This document shows, piece by piece, positions 27,907 to 37,259 of a DNA stretch of 64,000 nt. Position 1 is the stretch's first letter. Every line of letters starts with the position of its first letter. This stretch comes from a virus (Duplodnaviria; Caudoviricetes). Made by a program: the position numbers and the translations under genes. The notes under the pieces were generated by a model. That model saw nothing but the letters and a program-made list of their open reading frames with translations, was not told where the DNA came from and did not search any database. The stretch lies in the IMG/VR virus record IMGVR_UViG_3300036845_000196, positions 1,848 to 65,847 of that record; one strand, given 5' to 3'.

Positions 27907-28566
27907 TTACGGACTCCCGATGCCGGTCTGGATTCCAGTGGCGCGCACGGAACCCGTACCCGCGCTGATCAAAAGCCGCCACGCCGTGATGGGGTCATTC
28001 GAGGCGCCATCGATGGTCGCTGTTGCATTGACGATGGACGGCTGATTGAACGGTTGCGGAAACGCCTGCCCCACCGCCAGATTATTTGGATCGTCGTAGG
28101 TGTATTGGATCGAAAACGTTGCCGCCCCGGTCGCGAGCTGACAGGCAAACGAAATATTCGACGGCATCGCGTGCCAGTTCATGATGTTCCAGATGCTCGA
28201 CCCCACGCCGTTGACGCCAACCGAAACCGTCGCCGCGGTCGAAGCATTCGTTTGCGCCACCGATGAGTTTGACGGCTGCACCGAAACGACGGTGAGATAA
28301 TCCATATTCGACTGCACAGCGCCGGCCGTCGCGTTGCCACCGGCAAGATACTCCGAAGCCGGGAAGCCCGCTTGGTTGGTGCCGACAATGTGAAAATAAA
28401 TCGCCGAATCATTACCCGACGACGTGATCAGCAAGCGCCGCTGCCACACGCCGGGCACATTCGCGGTCGCAAGCGCCAGCGCACTCGTGGTCGCCGCCCC
28501 GGCATTAACGACGCTCGACGCATTGCCGGCTACCAGATTGTAGTTGTTGACGACAATCGGCAGCAT
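27907..28566 (-). CDS. virion structural protein
   Basis: Beta-rich; tightly packed in the operon. Confidence 0.6.
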   Translation of the reverse strand: MLPIVVNNYNLVAGNASSVVNAGAATTSALALATANVPGVWQRRLLITSSGNDSAIYFHIVGTNQAGFPASEYLAGGNATAGAVQSNMDYLTVVSVQPSNSSVAQTNASTAATVSVGVNGVGSSIWNIMNWHAMPSNISFACQLATGAATFSIQYTYDDPNNLAVGQAFPQPFNQPSIVNATATIDGASNDPITAWRLLISAGTGSVRATGIQTGIGSP

Positions 28567-28818
28567 CTAGTGCATCCTGTCCGAACGATGCCTCACCGCG
28601 CCACCGTCCATTCTGTGCTGCTCGTCGTGTTGTTTGATGCCGGGAAATTTCTTGTGGACTTTTGCGCGAATCTTCGCCTTCAACTCCGGATGAAACTGCG
28701 ACGCGCGAGCCAACGCGTTCCTGGCGTGAGAGGCATCCTGAATCGGGAATGACCGATCCGGCCCCGCAAAATCCTTGGTGGGAATTTTATTACGCCGCGC
28801 CGCAATCAACCGCGCCAT
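28567..28818 (-). CDS. small basic conserved phage protein
   Basis: RRNKIP..FA.P.RSFPI.D..HARNALAR motif. Confidence 0.65.
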   Translation of the reverse strand: MARLIAARRNKIPTKDFAGPDRSFPIQDASHARNALARASQFHPELKAKIRAKVHKKFPGIKQHDEQHRMDGGAVRHRSDRMH

Positions 28819-28836
28819 CTTGAACCCCAGCGGGAT

Positions 28837-28884
28837 GTTGACCGAGTCCGGCGCCTATCCCGCAAAGGCCCTCTCGTGAGGCAA
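28837..28884 (-). repeat. solo family-B arm (long-spacer type)
   Basis: GTTGACCGAGTCCGG..CTCTCGTGA between two genes. Confidence 0.8.
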
Positions 28885-28892
28885 ACGGTGCC

Positions 28893-29312
28893 TCAGTCCG
28901 ACATGCCGCCCTCTTGCGTCTTCGGCGAGGACTCCGCAGACGCCGTGCGATGCGCGCTCGACAGCGGCGACGTATCCGCTCCCACACCACCACCACGCTT
29001 GCGCCCGGGACGACTGTGGCTCATCGAATGACCGTGGCGATTCTTCATCTCGTGGCCATCGTCATGAGCGCCCGCCACATGCCCCCCGCGTTTGAAGCCA
29101 GCCCGATCGGAGCGATGCTTCACCCCACCGCCGGTCATCAGACCGAGAACTTTGCCGCCGGCCGCGCGCTTCTTATGCACCTTGCCGCCGCGCTTTTTCT
29201 CGTCGCCCTTGGCATATTCTTCCTTGCCTTCGGCTTCCTTGATCACATCGGGATTGCCCGACGCCACCATGTTCAAACGACCGCCGCCGGCCTTGTGTCT
29301 TGCTCTGCTCAT
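28893..29312 (-). CDS. basic low-complexity protein with repeated xxxGGxV motifs
   Basis: KRGGKV, AAGGKV, MTGGGV, KRGGHV, KRGGGV. Confidence 0.65.
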   Translation of the reverse strand: MSRARHKAGGGRLNMVASGNPDVIKEAEGKEEYAKGDEKKRGGKVHKKRAAGGKVLGLMTGGGVKHRSDRAGFKRGGHVAGAHDDGHEMKNRHGHSMSHSRPGRKRGGGVGADTSPLSSAHRTASAESSPKTQEGGMSD

Positions 29313-29332
29313 GGCGCTACTTGGCCTCCAAG

Positions 29333-30625
29333 TTAGGTAGTCGAGTTGGTCACACCGAACATCGGAATGAGATTGTTCGGATTGGTATTGATGATGGCAT
29401 TAAGCGACGGTGTCTGCTCAATGTAAAGCCGTAGCACATTATTGGTCGTCGCCTGGCTGGAGATCGGCGTGCCGTTGCCGGCAAAGCCTGAAAGCTGCAG
29501 CGTGCCGCGCACATCGCCCGTCGTATTGGTCGCCGGCGTGGTCACCGCCGCAATGTAACCGACGCTACTGGAAAGCGCGGTATTGCCGGCCCACGCCTGG
29601 AGCTGCTGCACTTCATCCGACCGCTGCGGAAACGAGAAGGTATCGCCGATGCCAAGCGTGAAACTCGCCGCCTGCGTGGTCTGCGGCACGGCATTGAGGA
29701 TATATTTGAAGCCCTTCTTGCCGCCCTCGACCGTCGTGCCCGACGCCGTGAGCAATTCCGTCATCAACTGGCCCCACACGTCATAGCCAGTCACCAGAAT
29801 GGTCGCCGTGCCCCCCGTTGACGCGCTCGCTGCCACAACGACATTGCGCGCAAGCTGCTCGCGCGGGTTATGAATCCGCAGCAACCCAGCCTGCAGCGTC
29901 TTGCTGACCGCCGTCGCCGAGGCATTCGCCGGACCAAACTGCGTCGCCGGCGGCAGCAGCACCGAACCCCACAGATTGGCGCCCCCAATCGGAACACCCA
30001 AGGCCGTCGCCGGAAGCAACGGCCCCACCGTCAACGTCGTCCCGTTAGCCGAAACAGACTGGACCTGCGTGATGAGACTCGCGGTGCCCGCCACGTTTGC
30101 CACGTTGCCGACCACAATCCACTGCCCTGCGGTATAGATCGTGTTGTCCGGCACGTTCACGGTCGATGAATTCGCCGTGGTGGTGCCGGTGCCAAACCCA
30201 AAGTCGAGCGCGATGACCGTCGTGACGACTGTCGTCCCTTGCGGAATCAGCGGCACACCGACCGCGATCGAAGCCGCGCCGGCCGAGAAGTTCGACGCCG
30301 CGATCGTCGCCAGCGCCATCGGCGTTAGTGCAGTCACAACCTGCGCCGCCGCCAGTGCCGTGGTGGACGCCGCCTGCGGAACGGCATCGATGGTGACCAT
30401 GTTCGGCGCCATCAGAAACGCCGGCGCGCGACCGGGCAGTAGTCCGTCCTTGGCGAACGGATAGGCGCGCGGATCGAGAAAGCCGACGCCCTGATAGAAA
30501 TAGCTCGGCCCATCGAACGGCTGCACACTGGCGGTGCCGAATGTCGTGGTGCCGACACCGCCGCCGGAATCGGCTTCGGTCGCTCCCATCGCGCCGATCG
30601 GGCCTCGGAAATTGGTGTCAGCCAT
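29333..30625 (-). CDS. virion structural protein
   Basis: Follows the capsid gene; VTGYDVWGQ.MTE, GKKGFKYI, TTGDVRGT. Confidence 0.65.
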   Translation of the reverse strand: MADTNFRGPIGAMGATEADSGGGVGTTTFGTASVQPFDGPSYFYQGVGFLDPRAYPFAKDGLLPGRAPAFLMAPNMVTIDAVPQAASTTALAAAQVVTALTPMALATIAASNFSAGAASIAVGVPLIPQGTTVVTTVIALDFGFGTGTTTANSSTVNVPDNTIYTAGQWIVVGNVANVAGTASLITQVQSVSANGTTLTVGPLLPATALGVPIGGANLWGSVLLPPATQFGPANASATAVSKTLQAGLLRIHNPREQLARNVVVAASASTGGTATILVTGYDVWGQLMTELLTASGTTVEGGKKGFKYILNAVPQTTQAASFTLGIGDTFSFPQRSDEVQQLQAWAGNTALSSSVGYIAAVTTPATNTTGDVRGTLQLSGFAGNGTPISSQATTNNVLRLYIEQTPSLNAIINTNPNNLIPMFGVTNSTT

Positions 30626-30666
30626 CGCCTATGCTCCGTACCTGTTTGTTTGCTCCGTGAGCATAG

Positions 30667-31581
30667 TCACGATGTGGGGAATTCGCCCCAAGCTGCGCGT
30701 GGATCGTTGTAACCGAACGAATATCTTTCATAGGCTTTCACGAGAAGGTTGTCCGTGACATTATCGACCCACAAATCCGACTCATACGGAATCCGAAGCA
30801 TATGAATCAGACCATCGATGTTCGTCGTGAGGAACCACGCGAAGTTCGACGTGAGGAAGTCGAGCACGATGTGCCCTTCCGGCAAACCGCCCGACAAAGT
30901 CAGAATCGCGTTCACGTCGTTGTCAGCCGTGCCCGGTCGCAATTCGGTCTTGGTCAGGCGAATCGCAATCCCTTCCAAGTTCGGCGGAACAACGAGTCGG
31001 CGCGCGCGAGAAAGAATGCGCAGACCGCGTTCGTTGACGAACTGCGTGCGGACGTTGGTCATGTCGGCGAGCAGCGTCGATTCGTTCAAAGACTTCGGCG
31101 TGTTCGAGGTGTTGGCCCACGTGCCTCCATCGTAAGGATGTGCGATTGAGAACAGCGGCTGCCCGTCGCCGATCTGTGACGGATTGTAGGTCGCGCCCAA
31201 GTTGAGGATATTGGCGCCCTGGATTTCCTTGAACTGCGCGAAGGCTTCCTGCAGTTTCAGGTTGGTCGGGTTGAACTGCGCCTTGTAGAGCATATCGTCG
31301 ATCGCCTTGCGGGTGATCGAGTAGCCGAGCGCGACTTCAATATGCACGAAGGCCCAAGTGAAGCGTTCGCCGGCGGCGTTGTCGAACTGGGTGGCGGCGC
31401 CTTCGTCTTTCAGATACGGCAGCGCGACGAACGCCATTTGGGTCGAGCGTTCCACCGCCATGTTCGATTTGTGGGTGGTGAACACCTTGTCCCACTGCCG
31501 CGGGATCATGTCGTATGAGCCGCGAACGTCGAACAGGCCGGGCAGCAGTTCGGAGCGGACTTGAGCTAACGAAACGGGCAT
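30667..31581 (-). CDS. major capsid protein
   Basis: ELLPGL, ALGYSITRKAIDD, LVVPPNL, AWFLTT, ERYSFGYNDPR; 304 aa. Confidence 0.85.
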   Translation of the reverse strand: MPVSLAQVRSELLPGLFDVRGSYDMIPRQWDKVFTTHKSNMAVERSTQMAFVALPYLKDEGAATQFDNAAGERFTWAFVHIEVALGYSITRKAIDDMLYKAQFNPTNLKLQEAFAQFKEIQGANILNLGATYNPSQIGDGQPLFSIAHPYDGGTWANTSNTPKSLNESTLLADMTNVRTQFVNERGLRILSRARRLVVPPNLEGIAIRLTKTELRPGTADNDVNAILTLSGGLPEGHIVLDFLTSNFAWFLTTNIDGLIHMLRIPYESDLWVDNVTDNLLVKAYERYSFGYNDPRAAWGEFPTS

Positions 31582-31613
31582 TGGTTAATCCTCTGATCCT
31601 GTCCGGTTGCTAC

Positions 31614-32222
31614 TTAGCCCGCGAACGAGCGGTTCATTTGGAAGTTGAAGCTGCAAATGACCCAGTTGAACGGGGTCGTGGGGTCGGAGCCGTTGCCGAC
31701 GCCTGGATAAAGGCCGATGACCCGGAACGGCAGGACCGACGTGGTGGTGCCGGTCGATGTCGCCGTCGATTGATCGAGTGTGGCGATGGAGAAGCCGGCG
31801 CCGGTGGTTGCGGCGGAGCCGCTGGCGAACGAGATAAGGTTGCCGATGTTCGCCGAGGTGATGGCCGTGTTGAGGGCTGCGACCAGGAACTGCGCGTTGG
31901 GCGCGTCGATTACGTAGGCCGTGCCGTTGGCACCCTGTGCAGCGCCAGGCCAGAAGTTTGACCACACCGGAGCGCCACCGCCTGACGGGATGAGCTGGCA
32001 GCCCTGAAAGATACCCACCATGGGCAGCGTTCCGGTTGCGAGGGTCGCCGTGTATTGGGTGATGAACGGCGACGTGGTGTTGACGTAGCCGACCGGATCG
32101 CCGAAGCCGATGGCGGTGGTGTTGGACGATGAAATCGCGTAGGTGCGAAGCTGGTAGTCGGGAGCGCCACCGCCAAGATAACCGATGTGCTTGAACCCGA
32201 ATTGGGCTTGGGTATTTGCCAC
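31614..32222 (-). CDS. capsid decoration / cement protein
   Basis: MAN...FGF start, I.FGDPV, GIFQGC; directly upstream of the capsid gene. Confidence 0.6.
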   Translation of the reverse strand: MANTQAQFGFKHIGYLGGGAPDYQLRTYAISSSNTTAIGFGDPVGYVNTTSPFITQYTATLATGTLPMVGIFQGCQLIPSGGGAPVWSNFWPGAAQGANGTAYVIDAPNAQFLVAALNTAITSANIGNLISFASGSAATTGAGFSIATLDQSTATSTGTTTSVLPFRVIGLYPGVGNGSDPTTPFNWVICSFNFQMNRSFAG

Positions 32223-32328
32223 AGGCAGACTCCGAGCGGGGTTTTCTTTTGAAACCCGGCCCGGCAGGCGCTGCCAAGGCTAGTGGGGAGGGTGGGACCG
32301 TCCGGCGCGGACAAGTCTTTAGGGTTTG

Positions 32329-32520
32329 TTAGGTTGATTCGATTCCGGGGGTGTTGTCAACGGGTTTTGGTGTGGTGGGTGTGGAAAGGTTTTTTGGGTC
32401 CGCACCTGGCTTGAAAGCATCCGGTAGAACAATGGTGAAATCGTAGCCGCGCTTCCATACTCCGGGACCGCTTTCGATGCGGATTCCGTTGGGTAGAGTT
32501 TGGACGTATTTTTGAGTCAT
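32329..32520 (-). CDS. hypothetical protein
   Basis: Starts immediately beyond the solo family-A arm. Confidence 0.45.
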   Translation of the reverse strand: MTQKYVQTLPNGIRIESGPGVWKRGYDFTIVLPDAFKPGADPKNLSTPTTPKPVDNTPGIEST

Positions 32521-32523
32521 GAA

Positions 32524-32586
32524 GGTTTTTGGGTAGACTGGCTACCTTGGCGCCCACGCCGCCGAGAGGGTTTTACGGCCATAGAG
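32524..32586 (+). repeat. solo family-A arm
   Basis: GGTTTTTGGGTAGACTGGCTACCTTGG..TTTTACGGCCATAGAG. Confidence 0.85.
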
Positions 32587-32587
32587 G

Positions 32588-32836
32588 CTACACCATTGCT
32601 CCTGGCATCCCGTAGGTTGCCGCTATGCGCGCATCCCAGAATTCTTTTTGCGAAGCGCAGTATTCCATGATTTCAGTTCGACGCCAGCCGTACATTTCCT
32701 GCAGGATTGGATACACATCCTCGGCGTTGCGCAAAATCTCCCATAGCAGCCAATCCGTGATGATTTGTTGTTGCGCGACCGGAAACAGGAATGGCCGAAA
32801 CGCTTTGGGGAAGATGCCGCGGAGTTCTTCGGCCAT
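32588..32836 (-). CDS. hypothetical protein
   Basis: MAEELRGIFP..; stop abuts the inner end of the solo A arm. Confidence 0.5.
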   Translation of the reverse strand: MAEELRGIFPKAFRPFLFPVAQQQIITDWLLWEILRNAEDVYPILQEMYGWRRTEIMEYCASQKEFWDARIAATYGMPGAMV

Positions 32837-32869
32837 GGAACCTTTTACTCCGCCGCGCGTTCCCCACCC

Positions 32870-33082
32870 ATGATAAGCACACTCATCACCCTCATCATCT
32901 ATCTGCTGATCGTCGGCGTCATCTGGTATGCCGTCACGACCATCATGGCCGTCCTTCCGCTGCCGGAGCCGATTAAGACCGTCATCAACGTCCTGCTGAT
33001 CGTGGTGCTGTGCCTGATCGTGATTTTTGCTTTGCTCGACTTGCTCCCCGCTTGGATCGGGCCGCATTGGCGATTATCTTAG
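32870..33082 (+). CDS. small two-TM membrane protein
   Basis: MISTLITLIIYLLIVGVIWY..LPLPEPIKTVINVLLIVVLCL; antisense to the late operon. Confidence 0.65.
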   Translation: MISTLITLIIYLLIVGVIWYAVTTIMAVLPLPEPIKTVINVLLIVVLCLIVIFALLDLLPAWIGPHWRLS

Positions 33083-34517
33083 CGGCGCCGTTGGTGCGCT
33101 TTCTTTCCGCACGGCGTTTTCCCACAGCGATGATCGTCTTATCTATGGACGCCGGCCGCCACGGCACCTCAATCAAATCCGGACCAACAATCGTTTCTTG
33201 AGTCACGAGCGTAACGACTCGATTGGACACCATCCACGACCCGTCGCCGAACGTCTGTTCCGGCTTCCCGAACGCTTCGGTCACCGCACGTTTGATGCCG
33301 GAAAAATATTCGATGTCGTTGTAGTCGTGCCCCGCGATGACGCCGCCGTCCTTCACGAGCTTTCGCGCAATCGCAATGTCCTTCGCCACGGCGTCATAGG
33401 AGTGATCGCCGTCGATGTAGACCATATCGAATTGGGCCGACGGCAGATGCTGCAGCGCGTCGGGGCTCGCGCCTTGGATAGCGGCAACGTTCGGGTACTT
33501 CGACATTCGCAGCTTGAATTCTTCCAACGCCCGCGCATCCGGCCAAGTATCCACCGTGTAAACTTGCTTGCAGATAAGCGCGAAGGCTTCAGTCGAAACG
33601 CCCTTGTGGGCGCCAATTTCCAAGACGGTTTCGGGTTTGACGGCGTTGATCAGGTCGATCAAGCCGCCGACCTTGTTGCTGGCATCGTTCGGGCCGTTTT
33701 CGTGGCGGAATTCTTGGGCCAAGTCGGCCAGCCGCTGCCTGGGATCGACCTGCGGCTTCACCGCGTTCTGTTGTGCCGTGAGTAATGCCTGCGCCATGGC
33801 TTCCTGGCGCTGCGATTCGCCGGCCGTGCGCTCGGTGACTTCCAGATAGCTTTGGCCGTAGTCGTAAGGTCCGACGTGGCTGATCTTGTAGTTGATCGCC
33901 GCCCACACCGTGCCGCCGCATTGCCGATGGCGGATGCAGAACGACAGGTCTTCCGACACCATGCCGCGATCGGGGATGTCCATTTTCTCGAAGACGCGAA
34001 GCAGCCGATTGGTGCCGCCCGATTGCAGAATCTTGGCGTAGGGCTGCATCGCGATTCGCGTGTCGTTGAGTTCGGGATATTTCTGCACGATGGCGTGCAT
34101 GGCGTCGCGGCGAATGAGCGTGCAGCCCATGCCGACACCCTCGACCTCCATGAAATTACCGCGGCGCGCGGTTGAGGTTCCACCCGTTCCAGAACCTGCC
34201 CACGAGACTGGAAGATTGCGCTGCGGATAGATTGCTCCAACCACGCCTTCGTCGAAATGGAGCATGTCGAGCACCATGTCGGGCGGGAATCCCATGTCGG
34301 AATCGATGAACAACAGATACTGAAACTCCGGCATCGAGTCGTACCAGATCGTCGCGATCATCGAGCGCAGTTCGGCGATGTCGGGAAACGATAGCGTTGA
34401 GATCGACGACTGGATGCCCTTCGCCGTGAAGGATTGCTGCAAGGCGTGTGTGGTCATGAAGGTCGCGGCGGTAACCTGCTGGCCGAAGGCGGGCACGAAC
34501 ATGAAGATTTTTTTCAT
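32985..34517 (-). CDS. glycosyltransferase fused to class I SAM methyltransferase
   Basis: LLFIDSDMGF, GVGMGCTLI, SEDLSFC, ISHVG (GT-A); VLEIGAHKGVST, DMVYIDGDHSY, GGVIAGHDY (Methyltransf_24-like). Confidence 0.85.
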   Translation of the reverse strand: MKKIFMFVPAFGQQVTAATFMTTHALQQSFTAKGIQSSISTLSFPDIAELRSMIATIWYDSMPEFQYLLFIDSDMGFPPDMVLDMLHFDEGVVGAIYPQRNLPVSWAGSGTGGTSTARRGNFMEVEGVGMGCTLIRRDAMHAIVQKYPELNDTRIAMQPYAKILQSGGTNRLLRVFEKMDIPDRGMVSEDLSFCIRHRQCGGTVWAAINYKISHVGPYDYGQSYLEVTERTAGESQRQEAMAQALLTAQQNAVKPQVDPRQRLADLAQEFRHENGPNDASNKVGGLIDLINAVKPETVLEIGAHKGVSTEAFALICKQVYTVDTWPDARALEEFKLRMSKYPNVAAIQGASPDALQHLPSAQFDMVYIDGDHSYDAVAKDIAIARKLVKDGGVIAGHDYNDIEYFSGIKRAVTEAFGKPEQTFGDGSWMVSNRVVTLVTQETIVGPDLIEVPWRPASIDKTIIAVGKRRAERKRTNGAAKIIANAARSKRGASRAKQKSRSGTAPRSAGR

Positions 34518-34524
34518 TGGTCAA

Positions 34525-34749
34525 CTATCCAGACTGTGCGTCAGCGGGAGGCGGCGGAATCGGCGTCCAATGCGTGACGCCGCACCATTCTGACCAAGTA
34601 TCCCCGTCATAGTGAACCCAGTATTTTTCGCAACCGCAGTATTTGATAACCGCGTATTCCTCACCCTCGCCGTCAGAACCAAGTGCCCCATAACTGAGGA
34701 TTCTTGTTCCGTCCTTGGGCGCAGTCTCTATCGGTTGTCAGTCGCTCAT
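34525..34749 (-). pseudogene. DUF551-like gene with in-frame TGA at codon 4
   Basis: Manual translation MSD*QPIETAPKDGTRIL...VTHWTPIPPPP. Confidence 0.75.
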
Positions 34750-35666
34750 CCCACCCTCGGCAACGCCACGATATTATCCGGCGGCAATAGCGCCGTGCGG
34801 TACGCATTGGCTTCCTGCGCCGGCATGGTCGCCAGCAGTTCGTCGATCATGGCAGCCGCAGCCTGTCGGCATTTGGTGTAGCCTTCGTCGGGCGCGTGGG
34901 TGACGCCGTAGCCTTCGAGTTGGCGGGCTTGGCCGCGCACGTTATCGTTGATCCAGCGCGACCGGAATTCGTGCAGCGGAGCATTGCCGATCAGGATCAG
35001 CTTGCGCCACTCCGGCTCGTCCATCGCCAGCATGATCTTCGCCGCCTGTTCGCGCCGCATTCGGTAGGCCGCGTCGAACCACGTTCCCCACCATGCGAGT
35101 TCGCGGAGGTTTTGTGTTTGCGGCTTTCCACCCGGCGGATACTCCAGCGCAAAGTCGCACAGCGCCATGCGGTCGATGCGGCGCGCGATTTCGTCCACCC
35201 AATGGTCCCAGAACCAGTAGCGGAAATACGGCGGCGAATAGTAGCCGAGCAGTTTATAAAGCGGCTTGGTCATCACGTACATATCGGAGAACGAGGCGTT
35301 GCGCATCGGATTGACGACTACGCCTATGCCGTCTGGGAACAATTTTGCGGTCTCGATGATCTTGGTGTCGAAGCCGGGCGTGACGATGGGCGTGTAGTCG
35401 GAGAGATTGCCGATGAGGTCCGGCTCGAATTCCAGTGCGCGATTGTACTTGGCGCTGGTGGCATCTTCTCTCGGCTTGATCGAGAGTTTGACGTTGGTGT
35501 GCTTGCCGAAATGGTGGTGGATGAATTCGACAGTCGGCATGTCGTCGATGTCGGCCGACACCATGATCAGCGTGTCGGGATTGGCGATGTTGGGCAGCGT
35601 GCGGTCCAGGGTGGATTTGACAAGCTGCGGACGGCCGCGCGTGACGAGATTGATGATGAGGCGCAT
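34746..35666 (-). CDS. glycosyltransferase family 2-like protein
   Basis: LVTRGRPQLV..TL, VSADIDD, KYNRA, PYFRYWFWDHW. Confidence 0.7.
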   Translation of the reverse strand: MRLIINLVTRGRPQLVKSTLDRTLPNIANPDTLIMVSADIDDMPTVEFIHHHFGKHTNVKLSIKPREDATSAKYNRALEFEPDLIGNLSDYTPIVTPGFDTKIIETAKLFPDGIGVVVNPMRNASFSDMYVMTKPLYKLLGYYSPPYFRYWFWDHWVDEIARRIDRMALCDFALEYPPGGKPQTQNLRELAWWGTWFDAAYRMRREQAAKIMLAMDEPEWRKLILIGNAPLHEFRSRWINDNVRGQARQLEGYGVTHAPDEGYTKCRQAAAAMIDELLATMPAQEANAYRTALLPPDNIVALPRVG

Positions 35667-35686
35667 GGGACTCTTTGGGGTTTGTT

Positions 35687-35970
35687 AGGTTCGGGTCACG
35701 AGGGCGGAGCGATTATGGTGCGGTCAAACGTTCTTTCTTCGCTTTCTCCCGATAGGCTTTGAAGAACTTAGCAGCACGTTCGTCTATTTCAACGGGACTA
35801 CGCGCTCTGTCGATAAGACGCATGAGCGTTCGTTTTATCTTCGCCCTGTCTGAAAGCAAATCGTATGGGATCGGAATAAACGTCAACCCAATCTGTATCC
35901 ACCGCTCCGAAAGCGGAATGTTGACCGAGTCCGGCCCATCAACTCGCGCATGACTCTCGTGACCAAAATG
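35687..35970. mobile_element. Family-B cassette (arms 35687-35727 and 35920-35970)
   Basis: GGGTCACGAGGGCGGAG..TGGTGCGGTCAA and inverted GTTGACCGAGTCCGG..CTCTCGTGACCAAAA. Confidence 0.65.
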
Positions 35971-35979
35971 CCTAGCCAT
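35713..35979 (-). CDS. cassette cargo, hypothetical protein
   Basis: Stop lies inside the left arm; start uncertain. Confidence 0.4.
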   Translation of the reverse strand: MARHFGHESHARVDGPDSVNIPLSERWIQIGLTFIPIPYDLLSDRAKIKRTLMRLIDRARSPVEIDERAAKFFKAYREKAKKERLTAP

Positions 35980-36229
35980 GAATCCTCCGCGTGGTGTGCT
36001 GCACTTTCGGCGGCTCAGTCGCCGGCGGCGCTTCAAGAACTTTTTGCGCTATCACCCGCATTCGTTTCATGTGGCTGCAGTTCCACACCTTTGGATCACG
36101 GGCCGCTTCGCACAAGTGTTCGCACGTTCCCTTTGGTTTTGACTCTGGGCAATCCACCGCACACAGAGCCAGCGCGACACCATTGATCTTCGTTTGATCG
36201 ACCGGCATTGAGAAAATCCGAAAGTTCAC
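35972..36229 (-). CDS. Cys-rich hypothetical protein
   Basis: ORF in operon orientation. Confidence 0.45.
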   Translation of the reverse strand: MNFRIFSMPVDQTKINGVALALCAVDCPESKPKGTCEHLCEAARDPKVWNCSHMKRMRVIAQKVLEAPPATEPPKVQHTTRRIHG

Positions 36230-36339
36230 AAAGGCCGGCCATTAATGCGTTTGACGGGGGCGTAGCATAGCGACCGCTTTTCTTGCATTTAGCCAGCCAC
36301 GCAGCTTCGAGACCAGTTGCAAATAGCGCCATAGCCGAT

Positions 36340-36606
36340 TTAGTTCGTCGCAAATCTCGAATGAACCGAACCGTTTTCAATAGACGGTTCCGTTCTCCAG
36401 TACAGCGTATCAGTTTTTCCATCCGCAAGTTTGATGGTTTCCATAAGCCACCAAGCGGCCAGTGGGTCTTCCGATGTATTTTGATGCGAACCACCGCTCA
36501 CAGCAATGTACGGCTCACCGTTTGGTGCAAAAGCGGTGTCTCCGCCACGAACCACGTTTTGAAAACGCAGCTCGAATTGCTTTTGATTTGTCTTCAAATT
36601 TGCCAC
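36340..36606 (-). CDS. hypothetical protein
   Basis: GGAG RBS upstream. Confidence 0.5.
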   Translation of the reverse strand: MANLKTNQKQFELRFQNVVRGGDTAFAPNGEPYIAVSGGSHQNTSEDPLAAWWLMETIKLADGKTDTLYWRTEPSIENGSVHSRFATN

Positions 36607-36638
36607 TTCCAGTCTCCGTTGTTGTGTTTGCTCAGTCG

Positions 36639-37259
36639 CTATTCGCCCGGCTCCGCAAGTTGGTGCGACGGACGAGACACATCCAATCCCGGATCGATCT
36701 GCATCCGCACCGCCGTCCCACGCCGATCACCCGTTCCACGAACCGGAATGCCTTGACCCTCGACGCCGCGAAGATTCGCCGCGCCGCCCATCAGCGCCTG
36801 GTCGCGGTCGCGCATTTGCTGTACGGCGTTGCGGTAGTCTTCGTCGCGCGCTTCCTCGCACATTTCTTTCGGCCGCTCCATGAGCATCTGGTCGCGAACG
36901 ATGATCGGCCCCGCTTCGCCTTTCGGCATGAAATAGCCGTCGTGGCGATTCGCAGGGACCGGACGCCAACCGTTCTGATGAAACTCGATGTTCATCGTGC
37001 GGGTGATTTCCTTGTTGCCGAGCGAGGCAACCGCGCACCACTGGTATTCCCAGTTCGGCGGGCAGAAGTTCTTCGGCACGTCGAAAGGATCGATGCCCGA
37101 CTTGCGCGTGCGGGTCAGCACCTCGTTGTCGCGGCCCTGGTATTGGCCGTGGCCTTCGACGCGGGCTGATTCGCGGCTGTTGGGACGCGCGCTCGGTCCA
37201 CGGCCGCGACGGCGCGGGGTAGCGCCGATGTCGCCTAGCATTTCGTTGTCGTCGTTCAT
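36639..37259 (-). CDS. conserved head-module protein
   Basis: PPNWEYQW, NGWRPVP, QMLMERP. Confidence 0.65.
   Translation of the reverse strand: MNDDNEMLGDIGATPRRRGRGPSARPNSRESARVEGHGQYQGRDNEVLTRTRKSGIDPFDVPKNFCPPNWEYQWCAVASLGNKEITRTMNIEFHQNGWRPVPANRHDGYFMPKGEAGPIIVRDQMLMERPKEMCEEARDEDYRNAVQQMRDRDQALMGGAANLRGVEGQGIPVRGTGDRRGTAVRMQIDPGLDVSRPSHQLAEPGE

Noticed and set aside
34613-34660. Three AACC..GTATT direct repeats as a regulatory or iteron array
   Set aside because: Explained by the EY/KY/KY codons of the DUF551-like pseudogene on the minus strand.
34738-34740. Genome-wide TGA-to-Trp recoding
   Set aside because: TGA ends many well-supported genes (capsid, portal, recombinase) and Trp is TGG elsewhere.
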